Part shown: positions 29,168 to 42,900 of the stretch, piece by piece | Layout: every line of letters begins with the position of its first letter | Position numbering within the stretch: position 1 is the first letter of the stretch | Source: a virus | Taxonomy: Duplodnaviria; Caudoviricetes | DNA: 64,000 bases | IMG/VR virus record: IMGVR_UViG_3300029305_002733 | Span: 19,602-83,601 of that record | Strand: one strand, 5' to 3' | Notes under the pieces: model-generated | Database searches by the model: none | What the model was told of the DNA's origin: nothing | What the model saw: the letters and a program-made list of their open reading frames with translations, nothing else | Made by a program: the position numbers and the translations under genes

Positions 29168-29371
29168 TTACACTAAATTGTGTTCCTTGCACAATCTACG
29201 CCAAACCATCGGGTTTAACTTACCATTAGTGTTAATGATAACTCTATCACCATTACTATTAACATAATGCCTATGGGAACTTGCTGTCTTTCTGTTCTTA
29301 TCCCACTGATAACCATTCTTCCGTAAAATCTTTTCTGCATTTCGCCAATCAATCTGCTTGTAACTACACAT
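29168..29371 (-). CDS. HicA-like mRNA interferase (solo)
   Basis: 67 aa; ILRKNGY...SSHRHY...GDRVII...RRLCKE matches the HicA pattern (GSH motif as SSH). Confidence 0.6.
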   Translation of the reverse strand: MCSYKQIDWRNAEKILRKNGYQWDKNRKTASSHRHYVNSNGDRVIINTNGKLNPMVWRRLCKEHNLV

Positions 29372-32300
29372 ACATACCTCCTATTTATCTTTCTGTAACA
29401 ATTACTTCATCAATAAAATAATTACATCCAAACTTATCTCGTGCGATCTTCTCCGCTTCTTCTGGACTGCTTGCCTCAATAAAATATTCATCACTCATTA
29501 AAAGTTTTACATCATATGTTTTCTTTTCAATATTTTGATTCGACATAATCTCAACCTCCTACCAAAACTTAAATTCTTCATTTGCTTTTTCAATAAGATC
29601 TACGTGAATTGCCTTAAAATCTGTTGTATATTCCTTACATGCATTGATATGATTTTCTATATACTCTCCAAGTTCCTTCATGAAATCATCAATACTCATA
29701 TTCTGTACCGGCTTATCCCAGCAGAAGCTGCATGAATCAGCATAATCGTATGGATATTCTTCATAATTCTTTTTATAACTATACCCATATCCACTATCAA
29801 CACCGCCAACATATAAATCAAACCACAATCTGTTTCCCCAATTCAAGATATCAAAGCAAAGATTGCCAACTCTTGCAGATCCTATGTATTCAGCTTCACC
29901 ATCTTCATCAGTGTACTCATGCTGATGTTTCTTATAATCTTCAAATTCTTTTTCCATTAAGAACCATTTAATTTCCATCTAATCATCTCCTATTCCATAT
30001 CTAAAATTGCATTATACTTGTTAGCATATTCATAGAAATCTTCCGTATCATCTGCCGTATAGTTACCCATAAAATCCTCATATGTCTTCCATTCACAATC
30101 GGAATCTTTAACACACTCATCAAAATACTGCCTGGTAAAATCTACTGTTACCTCAATATCAGTCAGATTACTATCGTCATCATGTTCCTTAATTGTATCT
30201 TTGTAAACAGTAACCCATACTGTGTCAAGATTATGTAACTCTTCCAATGTATCACACATCGCGGCCTTCAGCTTGTCCTGCCAGTCGGCCTTGTCAAAAT
30301 CAATTTCATAATGAACAAATGAGTTGTAATCGGTTTCCATGTGATCGGTTTCAGGATTAATTTCTGTTTTGTATATTGCGCAACAATTTTCACCGGAGTC
30401 AATACAGAAGTTATACTCAACACCAATGTCGTTCAGCCAAACAAATGCTGCGCCCCACTCGTCGGTTTCAATATCTTTATAAGATTCATCTATATTACAT
30501 TCAAATTCATACATAATATCTACCTCCTATCTATTTACGCCAAGTGTTTTCAAAACCTCATCTGCTTTATCATCTTCAAAATTTTCAATATGATTTACTA
30601 AATCATTTAATAACTCAATCGCCTTTTCGCAGCACATAATATCCTGAATCCAAGGATCTTCAGATTCATCTGTATAAGCCCCATCATACTCTTTATCAAG
30701 CTTTCCTTCATACGACTCTTTACCATATTCAATCAGACTTTCTAAATTAGAAATAACAGCCTCCAGCTTTACATTCTTTTTCTCTTCATTAATCCATTCT
30801 CTAACGGTCATATTAACTACCTCGCTTTTATCTTTATTTGTGCTTTATGTTATTCATCACCCAACAATTTAATTTTATTTAGTTTTCAGTAGTCTTTGGA
30901 GTAATAAAACCTGTCCATCTCTTTCTTAAGAAATTTAAATAACCTTCAATACTTCCATCTTCATATGCATAAAAAGCATCTTCGTCATAACACCACCAAA
31001 TAATTACTTCGTGGCCACTTGTTACATGACTAAACGTTGTATTGATATTATCTTTCACGGTCTTTTCTCCAGCACCGTTCTTAATTGCTTTTAAGTACAG
31101 ATATCTTTGAAGATTTTCTAAATCTCGATCTGTCTGAACATCAAAAATCTCAACTGGACTATCATCACAACCTTCATCTAACATAGCATAAACACTAAGA
31201 TAATTGGTATGCAACTTTTTAAGCTGCTTGCTTACTGCAAATAAAGCAGACTCTTCATATTTCTTACATTCTTCTTCATTTCGGAATACTGTTCCATCCT
31301 CTGCAATATATTCAACTCTTACCACCTGCTCAACTGTTTTCTTAATTTCGTTTGTTCTCATAATTTAAATCCTCACTTTCTTTTAATATTAGTTCTGTTC
31401 GTTTCTATTATAATGTTCTATATCCTTCCAAGATGCAGTAACAGTTGCACCCAATACCGGATAATCATATGTTCTCTCAATTGTATCTGCAAATGCCTCT
31501 ACTATTGTATCATCGTAATTATCTTCCACCTCAATATCCATTGAAACCTGTATGATCATACTTTTTACCTCCATTCAAACGTCTCTTTGGGTTACACATA
31601 ATATCCAACCGGTGTATCCATTGTTAATTCATCTTCCATTTTGGTGATTTTGACAAATCTACCATACCAATTATTTGCTATTTCAAACGCCTCTTCTTCT
31701 GTAACGTCACCAATATAATCGTTACCTCGAACATCATATGCACCATCAAAATCTTCTTCACTCATAGCTAAATATTCTTCTAATGAAAAGTCCATGCCAT
31801 CGGAATACTCTACAACTCGGTAAGTCAGAGTTTTATCTTCTTCGCCATGTTCGTTATATCCAGGGTCTCCGTTGGTATAAATATACCCACTAAAAGCAAT
31901 TCGTTTTTTCCCATCCTGTTCATATATAGAGTAAAAATCACCTGCATTAAGCACTTCATCAATTGTTTTAAACAACATAATCATTTCCACCTTTCATCAA
32001 ACGTCCATTTTATTCCAAAGGTATCCAACTAGAACATTCATCATTTCCATTTGTGATACCTGCATATTTCATGCAAACACCCTTGTTCTTATAAGAATAA
32101 TCTCTTTCCCAACGGTTGCATGTTTCACATCTCTGTTCACAAGGTTCCTCTTCTTCCCAAGCATCATCATTTACACACTCAACCTCGTACTCTACTTCTA
32201 CTGGTAACTCCTTTAATGCATTTTGAATTGTTGCCCAAGCTTTATCATAAGCTTCGTCAACACTTTCAGCTTCCTCATAAAAGGTTCCCTCTGTTAAATG

Positions 32301-33702
32301 AAATGTGACCGCAAATTCATATTCTTTCATAATTACCTCCTAGTCAACATCTACAATATAAAATTCTGTTGTATCTTCATCAGCCCAAGTAATAAGAGCA
32401 ATATCTTCTTCACACCAACAGTTTTCTTCATCCAACGGATCGTCTATTTCTCCATTTAAATTATCAGCAATAATATCGTTATAAAAATCTTCCCACGCTT
32501 TTCTTAAAGCATCTTCAGATGTTTCATTTTCTTTCACTCTAATAACTTCAGGCATTGCTTCACCCATTTCCATATCATGATACTTTTTGTAAATCAAAAT
32601 TACTTTCATAATCCTCTACCTCCTAATCAAATGTGAGTTTGATTTAGTTGCTATCTAATACTCAACTCATCTTCGAAAACATCATTTTCAGTTCCATCAT
32701 TAAATCTGCACTTGTACATATATCCAACATCGTCAATATCACATTCCAAGTTTGTTAACGGTCTGATGATTTCAACTTCTGTTCCGTTGTACTGTAATAA
32801 ATCTGTATCTGTTGTAGTAAATATAAATTTCATTCCGTTTTCTAACATAATAATTACCTGCCTTTCATCAAATACGAGTTTGATTAACACCAACTAAACG
32901 GTTTCTGTTGTCCATTTGCTACATAATCTTCATTGCTTGTCTTACAAATATGTAACCAATCATTAACCATTGCTTCGGCGGATTCATATTCATAATGTCT
33001 AAGTTCTCCATCTGCTGTTTCTCTTTCAATATTCTTACCGAAGAACTTGTAATACTTCTGATGCCAGTCTTGATAATAACCATTGTTAATTACAATGTTA
33101 CCTTTCTTGTTCCATGCAAATCCATAACCATAAAAGCTACAGATTTCTGCCATCTGTTCTTCTGTTTCGCTCCACTGCTTACCGGTTTCTCTTTCATAAT
33201 CTTCTCTTACATCTAAATCAATAATGCTATCCATATTCATTCTCCTTTCATGGACAAAATTCCGATTTGATTTACTTTACTACCTTTACATTCTTCCCTA
33301 ATACCTTACAAATCTCTTCTACGGTCATTTCAACTGTATCATTGTTTTGATTATCCCTATCATAAATCAGCTCTGCAAATCTATCAGTCCATGAAAACTC
33401 TTCATTCTCTAACATTGATGCTAAATTTGTCATATGCTTTTGTGTCCAAATTTTCATAACATCGTACTTGGAGCAATACTTATTTATTGCACTATCTGTC
33501 TGTAACGTATGTTCGTCTTGATAGTCAGTTGAATAAGTTAAATTCTCATTATAACTACTCAAACACATGTGCCCCAAATAACCAATTAAATAACCATCAA
33601 CAACAAGGTATTTAACGCCACTTCTTAACTCCACAATCATTCCACTTTTTAAAATACTTTTCATACTAATTCCTCCTAATCAAATCCCAATTTGACTGCC
33701 AC

Positions 33703-34350
33703 TTAAATGTGACAGTCAACAGCAGTTACAACAACATCTTCTTCTAAACTGCTAATGAAGTTTTTAAATTCTATTTCCCAACTATCTTTATCTTTTTCAT
33801 TGGACACGCAAGCCCACCATCCCATTTCGCCACGCTCATGCCATCTTCCATCAGGTGAAATAAATGCAAATGGTACAGTTTCTGTCCAATCAATTTCTGA
33901 AGCATAATCTTCATTTGTGGGTTCTCCAGAAAGTGTCTTAAGATAACCATTCCATCTTCCACCAATTGAATACCAATCCCATTTTGAATTTGGGTTATAT
34001 GTAGAATAAAGATTACCTTCTTCATCCTTATCATCGTCTTCATACCAACTAGCTACATCTTCATAACACTCATCATCTGTCCAATTCATCTTCTTTGGGA
34101 ATTCTTCACGAAGATAGTGCAAATGTTTTTCATTAGAACAATCTTCTGCATACTTTTCCGGGTTCTCTAAATACCTTGCATAAGTTCCATTCTTGTATTC
34201 TTCGATTTCCTTTCTGGTTTTTGCAATTGCCTGTTCTCTCGTGTACTTAATATATGGTGCAACTACAATATTCTCATCATAAGGTGCGAGTAATTCCTCA
34301 ACTGTTCTTCCTTCTTCTTTTGTAAATACTAAAGTAATAAAATGTGACAT
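33703..34350 (-). CDS. Conserved phage hypothetical protein
   Basis: MSHF...LLAPYDEN...YNPNSKWDWYSIGGRWNG...VDCH pattern. Confidence 0.7.
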   Translation of the reverse strand: MSHFITLVFTKEEGRTVEELLAPYDENIVVAPYIKYTREQAIAKTRKEIEEYKNGTYARYLENPEKYAEDCSNEKHLHYLREEFPKKMNWTDDECYEDVASWYEDDDKDEEGNLYSTYNPNSKWDWYSIGGRWNGYLKTLSGEPTNEDYASEIDWTETVPFAFISPDGRWHERGEMGWWACVSNEKDKDSWEIEFKNFISSLEEDVVVTAVDCHI

Positions 34351-36471
34351 AATTCATTCTCCTTTCATCTAATCAAATCTTGCTTTGGTTAACACCAAAT
34401 CCCTAATCTGTACATTAAATCATACAGACCATGGTAAAAATCTGTTTCATGATATTCACTATCTTCATCACAAACGCTTTCTAAAACATCATCTGCTTTA
34501 GTTAATGCGTTAACTAATTCTCTTTTCTGTTCCTCAGATAATCTGTTTACCAATTCTTCCATATCAACGCCTCCTTATAGAATCATTATTCTATTCATCC
34601 TCATTTGGCCAGTATCCAAGTAAATTTGCATTCAGTTCAATCATCTCAATCTGCTCATAATTCTCTTCATAATCAAGATTAAATTTATCCATAAGCCGAT
34701 TCCAATTGTAACCAGTAACATCACTCTTATAAATTTCAATACTCTGTGTTGACGCATTTGGAACATGTAAGTAATTGATAATGTATGGTAAGAAATCATC
34801 AATCTGATTTGTTTCATTACAAATCTTAACTGCTGTTCTTATCAATGCCTGAACAAATGCATCAGACATGAATGCACTACCAGTAACTTCCTTAATCTCC
34901 TCTTCAGTAATCTCTTTTACATTTTCCCAACCCTTATCCATGATGTATGTAACCACTGTCATTGCTACATGTTCATCAAAGTACTTCCGAATAATATCTC
35001 TTACGTTGTCTCCTGCTAATTTCATATCTTTTTCCTCCTCTTAGCTCACTCTTTTCTGTGGCTCAATTCCATGTTCCCAACAAATCCTATCTATCTCTTC
35101 ATTTGTGAGAATTTTTAGTACCTTAATGGCTCCGGCTATTATCCAGTCTTCATACATAAGTGGACTGGTTTTATATCTGTAATAACCATTCACTGGAATT
35201 TCTTTTAAGTAACTCTTTACCGGAATTACCTTGCCATCCTTATTAGTTCCATTCTTATTAGCGACAGGTTGATAATCAACCTCATCACTATATTCAACCT
35301 CACACCATACAGTGTCTGGTTTCATCAGTAAGTTGCCCTCTCCATCCTTCTGTCCAATGTGAGCAGCATAAGGAATATCTGCCAAGTGAAACCCTGGCCT
35401 GAAGCATAACTGGCCAAGTTTTGATTTAACCTTTCCATTATCTAACAACTCACCAGTCTCAGCTTCGATCCATTCGCCCATTGGAATTTCCTTATCTGCA
35501 AGTATGTACAATGGATAAAGCTTTCCGCTTTTAATTTTGAATAGTTTATAAGCTGTTTTCATGGTTCCTCCTTAAATCATCTTGTAAACTGCTTTCATAA
35601 TGTCATTGATAATAGATACACCACTATCACCTTCAACACTCTGGTATGTAGCGAAGATATCACTTTGCTTACCCCAGCTTAACTGAACTTCTTCACGAGG
35701 ATCATCACGCTTATTTAGCTCTCTGTCAGATTCATGGAATGTAATGCTAATTATTTGTCTTTTTCCATATTCATCCGGTTCTGTATAAGTCCGTTCTGCC
35801 CAACCATACTTAATATTGATACCCTCACAAGCTCTTGTTGTTCTTAACAATGCTTCTAAATCCTTAATAATCTGTAATCTGTTTTCCATAGTTAATCCTC
35901 CTTATTGCAACGCAGCAAAGTTTTTTGAAGCCACTCTAAATCCGTTTTCTTTCAATAACTTTATTGCCTTTTCAGTATCTCTTTTTACTTTATTATTATG
36001 ACTGTCAATTAACTTGTGCATTTTGTCATAATCTTCAGATTCATAATATGCATGCTTAAATTCAAATCGTAATTTTGCAGTTTCTTTCGCATGTTCTAAA
36101 CCTTTATTAGTCCATACTTGTGAGAAGTGATAGTAAGCCGGGTCTTTTACTAAGAAAACATAACATTTATCTTCAATTGGCTTTAAAATATCTCTTACTG
36201 ATTTTGCAAAATCACTATCATAAGATGCAATTTTATGTAATTCACTATAAGAATTTATATAATCAACATCTATATTTTCAGAAAATATCAAATATCCAAT
36301 TCTGTTTGCCCATGTAAATCCTTTATTAAAATAGCTTCCGCCGCTATCACACTCTGTAAATACACACCAACCATTTTCTTTAATTGCTTTTGCCTGGTCG
36401 TTATTTAATTCTGATATTGACATATACTTAATCATAATTTTTCCTCCATTTCTGTGAACCAAACTTTCATT

Positions 36472-36927
36472 TTATTCACCCTCTCTCTTTAACAACTCAA
36501 GCATATCTATTCTGTACTGCTCGATCTGTTCTGCTGTTATCCATTCAGGCTTATCCTCATTGGAAAATGATTCATATAACTTCTTCATTTCGTCACAATG
36601 TTTGTTCACTTCCTTAAAGTACAGATGTCCTTCATAGCCATTTCCGTATCCTAAGAAATACTTACAATCACTCTGATATCTACTAAGCATCATGTAATCA
36701 AATTCTCTTACATGTCTCACAAACGGCTCATCACATTCAACCGGTTCCTCAATATGTCTATTCGGTTCGCCACAAATATCTCCATCTTCCGGATGTCTGT
36801 AAGCACCTGTATGAAGATATAAACCACCTCTACCATCATTCAAATCGAAATAAATCTTTCCGTTTTCATCTTCGTAACAAGGATATTCCATATATCCACC
36901 GCCAAAACCTATATACTTAACCTTCAT
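36472..36927 (-). CDS. LPD11 (large polyvalent protein-associated) domain protein
   Basis: YMMLSRYQSDCKYFLGYG...KPEWITAEQIEQY resembles LPD11; probable start MKVKYIG at 36927. Confidence 0.6.
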   Translation of the reverse strand: MKVKYIGFGGGYMEYPCYEDENGKIYFDLNDGRGGLYLHTGAYRHPEDGDICGEPNRHIEEPVECDEPFVRHVREFDYMMLSRYQSDCKYFLGYGNGYEGHLYFKEVNKHCDEMKKLYESFSNEDKPEWITAEQIEQYRIDMLELLKREGE

Positions 36928-39900
36928 CTTAATATTCCTCCTTATAAAATCTGATTGTACGTTCCTTTTCAGCTTCATAATCTTCTCTGTTACTATAAGG
37001 ACATAATGTGATATCTCCTTCACAATATGTAAATACTGCCATCTGCTCATCAGAGTAAGCATAAGAAGAATAACCATCAATCTGATGTAATACAAAGTCA
37101 CACTTGGCAGCGAACGCATAACACAAATCATCCAACCAATGACCACTTAACATATAATCGCCTTCTCTGTTTGTGGTTTCCTCGGTGAAATTAATGTTTA
37201 CAATTCTCTGTGTGGTTTCATTCAAGTGATAAGCAGAGAAATCAATCGGTAAAATCTCATATTCATCATCCTTTGGGATTCTTCCAGTTTCTCTAATCAT
37301 GTTATAATAATCATTCCGTTTAATTTTCTGTGCTGCCATCTTATTTACCTCCATGTAATCTAAACCATAATGCACCCTGCATAAACTGTATCAAGCCTTC
37401 TACACTCTGCGAATGACAAATCATATCTTCCATCATGTGCTTCGTGTTTGCTTTGTAGATGTAATATCCGTCGCTTCCCTTATAGAAATCAACTGGTGTT
37501 ACACAATTTTCAAAACCAATTAAAGCACCCTTACCATAAGAATCTGTGCTAATCTTCTCTCTAATCTTATCTGCCATAATTATCTCTCCTTTATCTCTGC
37601 TAACATATTGTCAATGCACAACATTAAGTTCTCTTCCATGTTTTCCTTAGCCATTTCTAAATGCTCTTTAATCTGCTGACGAATTTCTTTCTTAGTTACG
37701 TTATGTCCGTAGTTTGCAACCACTTCATCAATGATTTCCTTGTAGGTAAATCCAAGAAGTAAATCATCATTCATATGAATTGGCAAATCATAAGTAAATT
37801 CCTTACCATTTCTTTCATCTATTTCCGGGTCATACATCCATCTACTCATACTCTAACCGCCTTTCTATTTTCATATCTCTCTTGCATTCTGTTTAAGAAC
37901 TCTTGATATTCCTCTGTAAATTCTATTTTCTTTCCTGTCTCAAAAACATAATTCTTATTACGTCCATATATCCAACACTTGTCTATTGGATTCCAACTCA
38001 TATAACAATGCCAATACCAATTTGAAAGACATATAATCAAGCTCTGTCTCTGTGTGCATGTCAATCTTTTTATTCCTGAGAAGTCGCTTCCCATATACAT
38101 TTCTTTAGGAATGACACCATTATGGTGATCCTCAATCAAAAGGTTTTGCATTTCTGGAGTTATAATGTTATGCCAAAAGTTATCATCTTTATCTCTATTG
38201 CCTTGTTTGTCTTCAAGCCAACTATGATATACATCTCCATCAATTGCCCAAACTCTCATACTTTGATTACAAACCTCATACTTACCTAAGATTTCCATCT
38301 TATTTTCCGCCTTTCGTTTTAATTATGTTTAGTTTCGTGACTAAACCAAATTTAAGATTTATTACCTATGCTGCTTCAATTCTTTTTAACAAGTCGTCTG
38401 TTTCTAACTCATAAAATTCGCCAATGCTATCTTGTTTTTCTGTATCATATACATCATACCCTTCTCTAAATAGGTTTATATCTGCTACATATCTATCATT
38501 TATGTCTTTCATTTGTGTCATGGATTCCAAGTAGAATAAATCATCAAAATGATCAAACTTGACTGCAAAATAATCTGAATAACCACCACGAATATCACCG
38601 AAAAGATGAACCATGAATAACATTACTCCACAATTCTTTTTGTAATTCATGTTCAAGTCATTACAAATATTCGCTCCCCAATTATATGTATTATCTCCCT
38701 CGGAATCTTCTCTGAATTTTTCAATCCATTCGTCAGATACATTAATTTCGTATTCTTTCAATTCTTCAAGAAGTGGAAGAATATCCCCACAGATAACATC
38801 ATTTCTAATATTCCCATCGTCATCAAAAATCCAAGCTCTATGATTTTTATCTACCAAACGAATGGATTTCACTTGTTCAATTACTCTATCTAATCTACTC
38901 ATTTGCGTTCCCTCCGTTTCTTATCTGTTCCGCCTACATCTTCAGGCTTAATCTTACATCCGTACTTTGCAGATACTAGACCGGCTATATCTGCCTTTGT
39001 AAGTCTGACATGTAATTCTCTTTTTGTGTTCGTTCCATACAACGTCATGTTATATCCTCCTTTTAATTAAGTGCAGTTAGGCTATGGCTTCTAAACTATC
39101 AAACACCTTGTCAAAACCTGCTTCTAATGCAATTTCTTCAATCAAATCATCGCCCCATTTACTAGAATAGAATCCCCAACAAGAATCCGTGTTTTCATTC
39201 CACTCATCATCTTCTGCGTCAATAAGCTCATCAATGATATAACCATAACATTCTCCCTGTAGATACATGTCATATTCTTTGACTTCGCTTTTAAGCCACT
39301 TGTAAGCAGCATCTTTCCAATTCTTATCAGTAACTTTAATCCAATTACCTTTCTTTGATTGTATTTTCCCACCACACTTAAAAATTTCTTCTTTTGTGGT
39401 ATAAATCCAACCGGCCTGACCACTATCCCATGGACATGAAAAACCACCAATATTCATTGTAATTCCACTATGTTCATAGATATATAATGGCAAACTATAA
39501 AACCCTTCGCTCTCAAGCAACTTCCATTTATCCTCAAAGTTCATAGCATCAATGATATCATCAACAAGATAGTCAATTGGATAGTTACTTTCAATTACAC
39601 CATGATGTACTTCGTTACCAGTCCACCAATATCTATAATAACCCCAAAGTTCCCATAAGTTTTCGCTTCGGTTATACTTCAGTTCTAATCCATTAGATGT
39701 CTTACCGGACTTCACAAAGTTAATAATTTTCTTTTCGGAAACGTGATATCTTACCAAGTGATTCAAGAAATCTTCAGGCTCCTTAAATTCATTTTTATCT
39801 CCAAGATCATATCTATTCCACCAACACATCATGTGACCAATATTACCATCCCAATCAACTCTAGGATTAAGTGGCTCACTATCTTGTTCGACGTGGATTC

Positions 39901-42900
39901 TATAAATTTTACCTTGATAATCCTTTGCGTATTTATATTCTCTCATCTCAACAACCTCCTGCTGTACACATAAAATCATCCGGTACAAATGTAATATCTT
40001 TAAACAGTTTCTTAATAAGCTCGTTGGATATCTCATCCGGAGCTTCTGCAACTTCACTCATATAAGGATATCTTCCTTCGCTATGAGCTAAAGCACATAC
40101 ATAATTTACTTTTAATTCATCAAGCTGATCCTGATTTAAATCGTTTACGCTCATGTTGACCTCCTATAATGGCTTTAACTTTACCTGTCCTTTGTATATG
40201 GACAATCTACTTGTTACATACATATCCTGTGAAAAGTCATAATCATAAACATGCCAGATTTCATCATCATTTTCGAGTCTGAATTTCACATCATTCATAA
40301 TCTTACAAATCTTATTTGCACTTGAATCAGGAACAAAGAATGCATTCTGTTTAGAGTGAAAGAATTCCGTTCCCTTTCGTGTCTTAGCTATCAGTTTCAT
40401 TTAATCACTCCTTTCAGTGAATAGAAGTAGAATTTTATTACCAGTCTTCTTCATCTTCGTCCGGTTTGCTAAACCAATCTGTTTCTTTAAGTTTCTTTGA
40501 TTTATATAAAGACTTTCTCGAAACATCAACTTTTTTCAAATGACTCTGTTCAATTGCACCAACTGTAAAATGATAATCATTGTACTGTACAGTTGCCTGA
40601 TACACTGGATATGCAAAAGTATCCCAACCACAACTAATATATTCGTAGTCTGTATCTGTATCACTAGCAAAGTCTAAAGCCATTGCTCTGACTTTCTCTT
40701 TCATTTGTTCTTCTGTTCCGTTGAATGTGTGTAAATCCAATCCATCAGAATCAGTTGCGATTCCGTAAATGTAATACTTCATAACCATTTTCCTCCTAAC
40801 CAAATGAAACTTTTATTCATAATACTCTGTTTCAAATTCAAAACGAATTTCATAATCATTTTCGCCATCGTAAAGTTCACATATGCCAATACAATCACTA
40901 AAAGTATCCTCATTGCATAATTTCAAATTCTCTTCACTATCATTTACCGGATAAATACCAACTATAAATTCTGTTCCCATTTGTAGCAGCTCGGCTATTC
41001 TCTTAATAGGGAACATCTCATCAACTTCTTCTTCGGATAAATCGTACAAGTCAATTTCACTTCCATTTGTATTGTTATATAAAACCCACGGAATTAAATC
41101 ACCCTTACATCGACAATCTAAACTGTTTGGATCATAGTCAATGTCTCCATGAATGTCTAATGTCAATTCAAAGTTTTGTCTATCTTCCACATAAGATACC
41201 TTTAACCAGTCGGGTGTATATCCTATATTGTTTTTACTTTTTGCGTTTAGATATAATCTCATATCTCTTACCTCCGTTTAATCAAATATAATTTCTATTT
41301 CCATCCATTGTCCTTTTTCATTTCCTCTGCATACTGCATAAGTGCTTCAACCACTTCTGCAACGTTTGTGTCATTGTCGTCTGCAATCTTTTCAAGTTCC
41401 TTTGCTTCAATGTCATATACAGTAATATTTGTCATATGTTATACCTCCGTTTCTTTAACCGGAATCAACTTTCCGCTGTCAATCAACTCATTCAAGCGTT
41501 TTTCACTTATATACTCTTCGATTGAGAACAACGTAGAATTGTCATTTCCATAACCAGTTCCTTCAACGGTAATAATAAATTTCTGTCCCTTTTCAATTTT
41601 CATAATTCTATACCTCCTAATAAAATGCGGGTTCTATTTGCTCATTTCGTAACACATTGCTTCAAAATATTTCCCAACTTCATCAAATTTTTCCTTGTTA
41701 ATATTCCAAGGCATAACAATCATAACTATTGAATCGGTTGAGCCATCACTCCACTTCTCTGTTTCTTCTCCAAGGATAACATCGTACTCTGGATACTTAT
41801 TTGAGCAATCAACGGCTTTTTCTTTGGCAATCTGAATAAGGTTCTCATACGTCATTTCTAAATCTTCTGCATATCCCTTATCATATCCTGCCTCAAAAGC
41901 AATCCCGTATCTGCCATTAAACTCTACGAGATAGCATCTAAGACCGTAAACGCCCTCACACCACAGCTCGTTATATGCATGTTGCAATTCCTTCGGCAAA
42001 TCCTCAACCTTATCGATGTCGTACTCCCCGTTGTGGTGTAAGTCTCCACAACTATTACTCCAGTATAAAAAGTTTCCGCCTAACTCATTTTTAAATTCAT
42101 ATAACATATCTTTTTCCTCCTAATAAAATGTTGGTTTGGTCTTACCATCCATTAGAATCAAAACCATAATTGTTATTGATATCAAAATCTTTATGCATAA
42201 TGATTTCACTTTCCTCAATATGCAATTCTCCTGCCCATAACTCTGTATACGGCTTATCATAAACATGAGGATTACTATACTTTTCTACATAAGCTTCCGC
42301 ATCTACTTTACTTTCGAAGATTGCTACCAAATCGGTACAACTAACTGCATCTCCGAATCCACCATCTACATCATAATTGTGAAATACACTATAAGTTTTC
42401 ATTTTCTCTTTCCTCCAATCAAATAAGGTTTTTATAATCCTTTTTTCTGTTGCTTTCTCAACTGTTCAATACTTGATACACATAAATAATTAAGTCCTTT
42501 TGCTTTAAGTTCCGCATTGAGAGTGTCAATGTTTTTAAATTCAGAAAACTTGATACACATTTCGCATCGTTTACTTCCGGTTCTCCATCGTGTACAGTTA
42601 TAACATCCTACCTCGTCAGGCTTTAAATGCTCCCTTCCTTTTACCATCGCTATTCCTCCTATACAATCAAACAATGTTTTGATCATCTAGTCACTAAACG
42701 CATATCTATAACCATGTACCATGTTTACTAGTGTTCTCACGCCGACAAACGCTTCCATACTTTCATATATTGGAACACGTCTATCTATATAATCTCCGTT
42801 CTCAAATATGTTCCATACAGATGTTCTCTTTACAAGAACACTATGCTTCAATGAATCGGCATTTTTGTAATAATACTCCTTTCCAGTTTCTATCATTTCA

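Larger units (their letters stand above)
7574..42684. repeat. Dispersed 20-bp dyad AATMRAA-N6-TTYKRTT (~25 copies at gene junctions)
   Basis: Copies start at 7574, 9198, 14918, 16868, 26332, 26402, 28423, 28851, 29149, 31573, 31995, 32625, 33253, 33678, 34371, 34576, 36457, 38344, 40420, 40798, 41280, 41619, 42122, 42417, 42665. Confidence 0.8.
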
